DNA from: Catajapyx aquilonaris
Taxonomy: Eukaryota
Assembly (NCBI GenBank): GCA_000934665.2
Contig: KZ538891.1
Span: 1 to 41,893 of the forward strand
DNA: 41,893 nucleotides
Direction of reading: 5' to 3'
How positions within the stretch are numbered: position 1 is the first letter of the stretch; each line of letters begins with the position of its first letter. The notes under the pieces were generated by a model, which worked only from the letters and a program-made list of their open reading frames with translations, did not search any database and was not told where the DNA came from. The position numbers were made by a program, and so were the translations under genes. Positions 35,501 to 41,893 of the stretch are shown piece after piece.

Positions 35501-36647
35501 TTTCTTGCAAACGGACAGCGGGCATTACCATTATGTTTTATTGCAGCGCTTTTTCGCCAAAATGGTTTTTAACGACCGGATTTATTGGCAATAGCTTAAA
35601 ATTGGATTCACATATTTTGTACCCGTTCAACGAGCTGGGAATAATTTCCGACCGTTTGCTACCGATATATTATTACGCAAGAATACATAGCTTTAAAGGG
35701 CGCGAATGGAATGGAGCCGAGTCGTGTCCAGTATGTGTCAGTGGTTCTCCTGGAAAAGTTGGACAATGTGTCGCTGGATCGAAACGTTCAATCAAGTCGC
35801 AAAAAAAACCTGGCTGGGTCGCATAGAATTTTGGCTGGGTCTATGATAGAAAATTCGCGAATAAATATCCAGCGGGCGTAAAACCGCGCAGGAGGTCCCC
35901 AAAGTGTGAAACATCGATGCTGTCACTCTGCGTTCAGCTTGTAAGTCGTAAGGTACATCTTGTACGGAGGCGTCTAATGGAAACTCATCCTTCGGGAGGA
36001 AGCAGTGGCAGGCGATGGTGCTGCTTTAAATATGGAGATTTATGAAATTTTTTAGCAAGCTCACCGTATATAGGCGTTGGGACCATTTTTATTTTGAGTG
36101 GTGGGTGGGGTAGAAACACTCTCTCGACTCATATTGGGGTAATTTGCAACTGAATCATGCCAGGTCATCTGGCGCACACTGCTTCCATGTAGGCTATATT
36201 ACAGCGCACGCGGAAAATGCGTAATTGCATGGTTTTGCTGAAAGGCCCAAGATAGGAAACTAAGGAAACTAGTGACGGGAGGAGATAAGTTGCAAGTGCA
36301 CTCCGACCTTTACCGCTGTTTTGTACAGGCTACTGTGAGAGTACAAGATTGCGGGGATTTGGTTTCTTAATGTTCTTAAGGTTAGAAAAGTTTTTAATGT
36401 GTTCTTGAAAAGTTGGGGTAAATTGAGATCGTCATGGCGATGTCAGCCTACGTATTTCAATTTTTACCAAATATGCGCATATGTATACCCAGACTCACAT
36501 AGTAGACCTTATATGTAGGAATATTTTAAAGTATCAGAGGTCAGAAGAAATAAAATACATAGGCGTACTGGCATTTTGTCTTGTACATTCAGAACTATAG
36601 GATACATGCTGTAGAAATGTGGTCAATATGTATTGGCGGGCGTATTG

Positions 36648-36648
<1 letters not shown>

Positions 36649-36717
<69 letters not shown>

Positions 36718-36720
36718 TAA
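36649..36720. repeat. (AAT)n microsatellite
   Basis: Direct reading. Confidence 0.98.
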
Positions 36721-39700
36721 CATGTCTAGACTGTCCTTGGATATGGATTTGGATAGAGGTGAGTAGTAGGTGCTGGCGCTAAGGGCTAATCGGCTTAGAG
36801 ATCTGAGCGACAAATGGATTATCGGTGTTTTTCAAAGTACTTGTCAATAGGCAGGACGAGCAAGCGGAAAAGAGAGCAAAGAGAACATGGTGGACTAAGG
36901 TGCAGCACACCATTATTAATCGGTGATCGATCCCGTTCTTAATGGAAACGAATTCGTTGCCGCGGTTCCTTTTTCAGGAAGGGAATTCGGCCGTGGAATG
37001 CTGACAATTTGTTACTTAGTCTTGCTTTGCGGACAAATGACGAGTGGAGTGTCCCAACCGGATGGATTATTGACTCTTTTGGAATGCTGCTTTTTTCCAA
37101 TGGTCAAACGCCTAGCGCATATTTGCATGCAGTCCCTTATAAGCTGTAGGGATTGGGATGATAATCTCCAACTAGTATACTCGTGATATGTTTTATTCAT
37201 CAATACTTTTAGCAATTTCAGGAGTTTAATTTTTTTCAGAATTGTGGGGAAGTTGATACGTCCTTAATTTTTGAAAAGGTCAACATGGATGAATGCATTA
37301 TCCGAGTCCGGGAGTAAAAAAGCTATTAAAAGTTCTGTATTCGCTTTAATTAACATACTTGTTACGTACTCCGTTACATGTGCAGATGTTGAAGTGGAAT
37401 TTTCATTAGGCGGTCTGCATATGCAATCACTTTTTCCATCACTTTAGTCCTGCATTTCGTTGATTAATTCAGTATCAGCAAAACTCATTAATTAGGCCAC
37501 ATGAAACTTTACTACTTAAAAATCCTTTTCAGCCATAGTAATGTAATCAACGTCACGCAGTAAATTCGATCAACTGCTCGATTGTAAGCTGAATTTAATT
37601 TGTAACAACTTGCATTGCATCATCACCAAGTGAGCACCTGTGTGCTACGGGACAGGTAAGAAAGATACACGCACTTTGTCGTATTTAGGCATATTGCGAA
37701 TTTCCGACACAAAATTACCCTATAGTTGATTGTGGTACAGTAGTTTCGGCTTAATTATCGCTTGTGTGCTAAATGGTGAATCTGGCAGTTGACCTCGAAA
37801 ATTCACACATTTTTGTACGTTTAATCTGTTCAAAGGGAACCCATTGGTATAGTCTACGAAAATTATCACACACTATTCTTGTTTGTATGTCAGCACATCG
37901 GTGCGTGAATCATAAACGACCAGTAGTAAACAAAGGTTGTCGGCTAATTAAGAGCCCCAATTGAATGTGCTGGTCATGATTGATCGCTGTATAATTGCGG
38001 GTCTGGTCATATACCGGAACAATGCTCCATGAATATAGTGATTGATATGTAAATTTTTATTAGGAATCGTACCTTTTTAAACGTCAGGCTTATTAATTAC
38101 ATGGGCCACCGTTGCAGATGATAGATGCACTCCTTGCGTTCCTCTAGGGCACGATTGAAACATGAATGATCCAGGTCACTAACGACACGAACCAAAAGCC
38201 TTTTGAGAGAGAATTACCCGGGACTTGTGGCGGGATACTAATGCTTGTGTCATGTTGTTTGATTCAAGTTCCTGCTCCCGGAGTCCTTTTAACCGGATTT
38301 TCTTCCCTGGGAAAATCTCTTTGTGCTGTTAAGGGGGCGTCGAGGCTTGGGAGAAAAAAAGATCACGTAGAATTTGGGATGTAATTTTTCCTTCCTAGAA
38401 ACGCTCGAATTTTGGCCACTTGCAGGCATGTTTTAGTTGGAAGGCTCTCAAAATTTCTGTGCAAAGTTGCATTAATATTTCAACGTGTTTCCCCTTTTAC
38501 CCCGTTGTTTACGTGGATCAGAGCGGAATTTTTTTGCCAATAAAATGTGAATTCGCCCACTGCACGGCTCTCTTGAGAGGGTTTTTGGGATGAAAGTTGG
38601 TTTTTTTTTTGCGAGGAAAGGGACTGTGGCGGAATGAGAACCACTCCCTTCCATTAAGTGCGGCGAGAAAAGCTACTTGCACTATAATTACAACTTAGAT
38701 CTTCCACCGGTTATGTGGCAACCTTGTATAGGTTCAAGGGACTGAAATCTGACGCATTAGCTGGTTATTAATTACCATATTATTGCGGATGAACGGTCCA
38801 TCGAGGCGAAAATTTAGATTATTTTAAGAGCCGCGATGATAACAATTGGCGTTAAGGACTGGTTGCTCTTGGCGCGGAATGGATTAGAATTGAGTCGGGA
38901 ATGAAGAGTTCTCGGCTGCCATAATTGGGCATAATTTCATTTAGGCCCCCTTGATGTGATTATTGCCACTGGCCCGACAGCTCACCCTAAAACGCTTTTC
39001 ACATCGTGTATAATCGCCAATGCCACCTTGGTATTATTTCACTCGGTATATAAGAGCGAATGTTCAGCGTCTTGTCAAGTCGGATAAACTGCGTGCTCTT
39101 TATGGAAGTCTTTTCGGATACTCGCAGTAAGCCTGTAAATCGATTCCAACGTAAATGTGCCCGAACTTTCTGGTTGGTTAGAATTTATTGCCCACAGGAA
39201 TCGACGGAGCAACTGAAATTGTATAAATTCCATTTGATTTTTTAAAGTACGATTTTCAACCCTGACATCAGCGAATTTTTAGGTTGGCATATATGCATCG
39301 GTTTTTTAAAGAAACTGAGTCTAACTTGTAAGCAGTATATCAGCGTGTCGTTTGAGTGTCATTAGTACAAAATGTAGGGAAAGTAAGTGATTACTGATTA
39401 GCATTATCCGCCAAAGTAAACGCAAAAAACTTGTTGTTTTCTTTTCCTTTAAACTTGCCTCACCATGATGGATGGCTTATAGGCAGAATTTTGAACTTGC
39501 TGAATGTAATTTCGGCATCGGGTGGGGAATGAGCAGCTGTATGCAACCAGAAATGGAAAGTTGCATGGATTACATGCAGCAGCTGCTTCCGTTCATTGGC
39601 CGCTTGCTGCCCAAAATGCCCAAGGCCTAAATTTCATGTGGCCATAGCACTTTCCGATCAAATGAAATATAGTCTACTCGCTACTGGTACAGAATTTTGG

Positions 39701-39823
39701 AGAACCGGCGTGGTTTTTTCTTGTGCTACAAATGGAGTTGGCTGATTTATAAATTATTCATGGTAATAGACCGCATAATACAATGCAATTGTTAAACTTA
39801 CGGTTATAGGATAGGCGTAGTTA

Positions 39824-39988
39824 AGGTGCGTTTACATGTGAGCAATTTGACGAGCGAAATCTTCGCCGAGGCCGTGGCCGAGGCTGAAGTTAACAATCGA
39901 TTTTCGCCTCAAACAATATTGGTTACTTGGATTACTCACACTCGGCGAAGATTTCGCTCGTCAAATCGCTCACATGTAATATGCAGCT
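39824..39988. mobile_element. PIF/Harbinger-type MITE
   Basis: TTA|AGGTGCGTTTACATGTGAGCAATTTGACGAGCGAAATCTTCGCCGAG ... CTCGGCGAAGATTTCGCTCGTCAAATCGCTCACATGTAATATGCAGCT|TTA. Confidence 0.85.
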
Positions 39989-40683
39989 TTAGTCACCTGC
40001 AATTTTTTTTAAAAAATATATAGCATTGGTAGATGATGCTTATGCGACTAAGAACCTCTATAGTACAACTGAATAAACAATACTTTTCCCGAGCTAACAT
40101 GTCTCCTGGTTCGCCGTCAGTGAAACATTGCTACTGTATTTTTTCATAGCCTTTACGGTAACTTTGTCGCAGTGAAGTTTTTAATATGGTGAATGGTGGT
40201 AATTGACAGAGATTGTACTATAACTGTTGCTGAAGCTTGCCGAACGCGAGCAGCCAATTTCATCCCTTCATGAGAAGTAGAGTAGTGTTAATGGGCCGAA
40301 ATTGCGGAATTGCGTATCATTTCGCATTAATCTGGTTCTGATCCTGTTTTCTTTAGGAAAAATAAAGTGTGTGCCGGAAGAGAAGAGACGAGAAGCTTTT
40401 TCGGATAAGGAAAAGAAAATATACAGTGTAGAAAGGAAAAGTTGAAAATGCGTGACATTGTTTACTGTGAGATGGAATTGAATCCGTGGTAAGCTTATAC
40501 TCGACGGAAGCCAGATAAATGCTGGAACTTACTGAAATTCAGATAATGTCCTCAATGGATTTTAAAATAGGGGAAGGGCCTATACTTGGTGGGGTGCGGT
40601 GCACTCAGGAACATGACCTTGACTCTGGAGAATCAACTAAATCAACCGATACGAGTGTCAGCTCAATTCTGATACACATGGCA

Positions 40684-41008
40684 TAATAATAATAATAATC
40701 ATAATAATAATAATAATAATAATGATGATGATGATGATGATGATGGATACCCCGTGATAGGCCTCCTCGGACCTTTTAGTGAATCGTCTTTTAATTAACG
40801 GACTTTAATAATTTGCCTGTGCTGCGATTGGTTTTGATTGTGGGAGGAAACGGGAGAACCCCGAGGAAACCCACGCGAACACGGAGAGAACACATCCAAA
40901 CTCTATCCACATAAGTGTCCTCCGTCCGACCTGGGGATCTAACTCGATACGGTACCTTAGAGGTGGAATGCTGTGATGGCTCTAATCACTACACCACCGT
41001 GCCGCCCC
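40684..41008 (-). mobile_element. V-SINE-like tRNA-derived SINE with (TCA)n(TTA)n tail
   Basis: Minus-strand head GGGGCGGCACGGTGGTGTAGTGATTAG...GAGTTAGATCCC (A/B boxes); plus strand 40839-40905 TGTGGGAGGAAACGGGAGAACCCCGAGGAAACCCACGCGAACACGGAGAGAAC matches the antisense V-domain core as I recall it; microsatellite tail 40684-40745. Confidence 0.85.
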
Positions 41009-41488
41009 GATATACACATCATTGACGAAAAGCACGACAGCTGAAGTAGGGCAGTGAATCTTGATTGTGATCGGATTAACTGGGCCTGGCAACTGAAGTA
41101 CAGTACGCTCCGAATGGCAAACTTAACCCTGCTTGACCGACATCTAGGAATCGGAGTTCACCAGAAGATATGGCCTTGCTGTCACTTGCTGATCGTATTA
41201 TAGCTCTTGTACGTGAACAAACTTCGAATGGAAAGATAATGATCGAAATGCGCACAAAATAAGTCATAATAATAACCGGTTAGAGAAGATCGAAAATCAA
41301 TACAAGTAGTGAAGTGCATGAACCCTAACCAGACGCAATACAACCCTGACAAGTTCATATGCACACGTACAACCCATTTGTTCCTAGAGTCCTATATATA
41401 GGACGGTCAGGAAAAAAATTATTTCTCGCAGTTATGATTATAAATCATAGATTAAGGGAGCTGAACCTCTTCATGAAGGTCTCCTCTA

Positions 41489-41893
41489 CACTCTTAGTCC
41501 GGTCACCTTTAATATCCCCTTTAGAGTTGTTTTAAAGGTGATCCGTAATGCGGCAGTAGGGAATTATAGGGGATTCGTTGAATAAAGGTGACAGGAGGAA
41601 GTAATTTCCGCATCAATAAAGGTGACGTCAATGTATAGGGGACAATGACAGGATGATTTTAAGGTGACACTGGTTTAGAGGTGACGTGCTGAGATGGGAG
41701 CTGCCGTGGTCACCTTTAAACGGGAAATATCACCTCTAAATCAAAATTGGCAGGATCGTGACGTCAGTGGTCACGTGACTTGGTGACGTTTTGCAGATGG
41801 CCGCTGCCGGCCGCTGCTGGAATCGTTTTGGTCATTGTTGCAATGTTGTTGCACCTGTTGCGCGGCTGTTGTGACCAGCAGTTGACTGCCAGT
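41489..41893. mobile_element. One end of a CACT-terminal (EnSpm/CMC-like) DNA transposon with subterminal repeats, likely running off the window
   Basis: TA|CACTCTTAG start followed by about eight copies of TA(A/G)AGGTGA(C/T) in both orientations between 41502 and 41740. Confidence 0.6.

Noticed and set aside
36722..36764. ATG-initiated MSRLSLDMDLDR followed by GAG|GTGAGT
   Set aside because: Abuts an (AAT)n tract, with no promoter context or partner exon.
41500..41740. CRISPR-like repeat/spacer array
   Set aside because: Repeats are only ~10 bp, irregularly spaced and in both orientations, in eukaryotic context with no cas genes.

Overview
Metazoan (non-prokaryotic) genomic DNA, mostly intronic/intergenic and dense in DNA-transposon relics, SINEs and microsatellites. 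I see no CRISPR array, rRNA, intact tRNA or intact transposase, and almost all ORFs in the supplied track look spurious. Four things stand out. (1) A compact, probably bidirectional promoter at ~620-790 has two CCAAT boxes 31 bp apart, an NRF1-type site and a YY1-type site overlapping a minus-strand ATG (MAAQQ, then a GT donor). (2) A small spliced plus-strand gene is not recoverable from the ORF track as one unit: coding exons 8549-8703 and 9773-9944 join in frame into a 108-aa low-complexity protein carrying a PKC-pseudosubstrate-like motif (ARHGAVRRKN), followed by polyA signals and, by eye, a shift in CpG density. (3) A six-layer nest of inverted-repeat transposons spans 5300-7801. (4) A young long-TIR Sola2-like deletion element at 24376-26524 carries a transposase C-terminal relic and two nested MITEs. 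Other features include a tRNA-derived SINE family (3 copies), a V-SINE-like element, several MITEs and mariner relics. Family assignments rest on termini, TSDs and remembered motifs; no database search was run.
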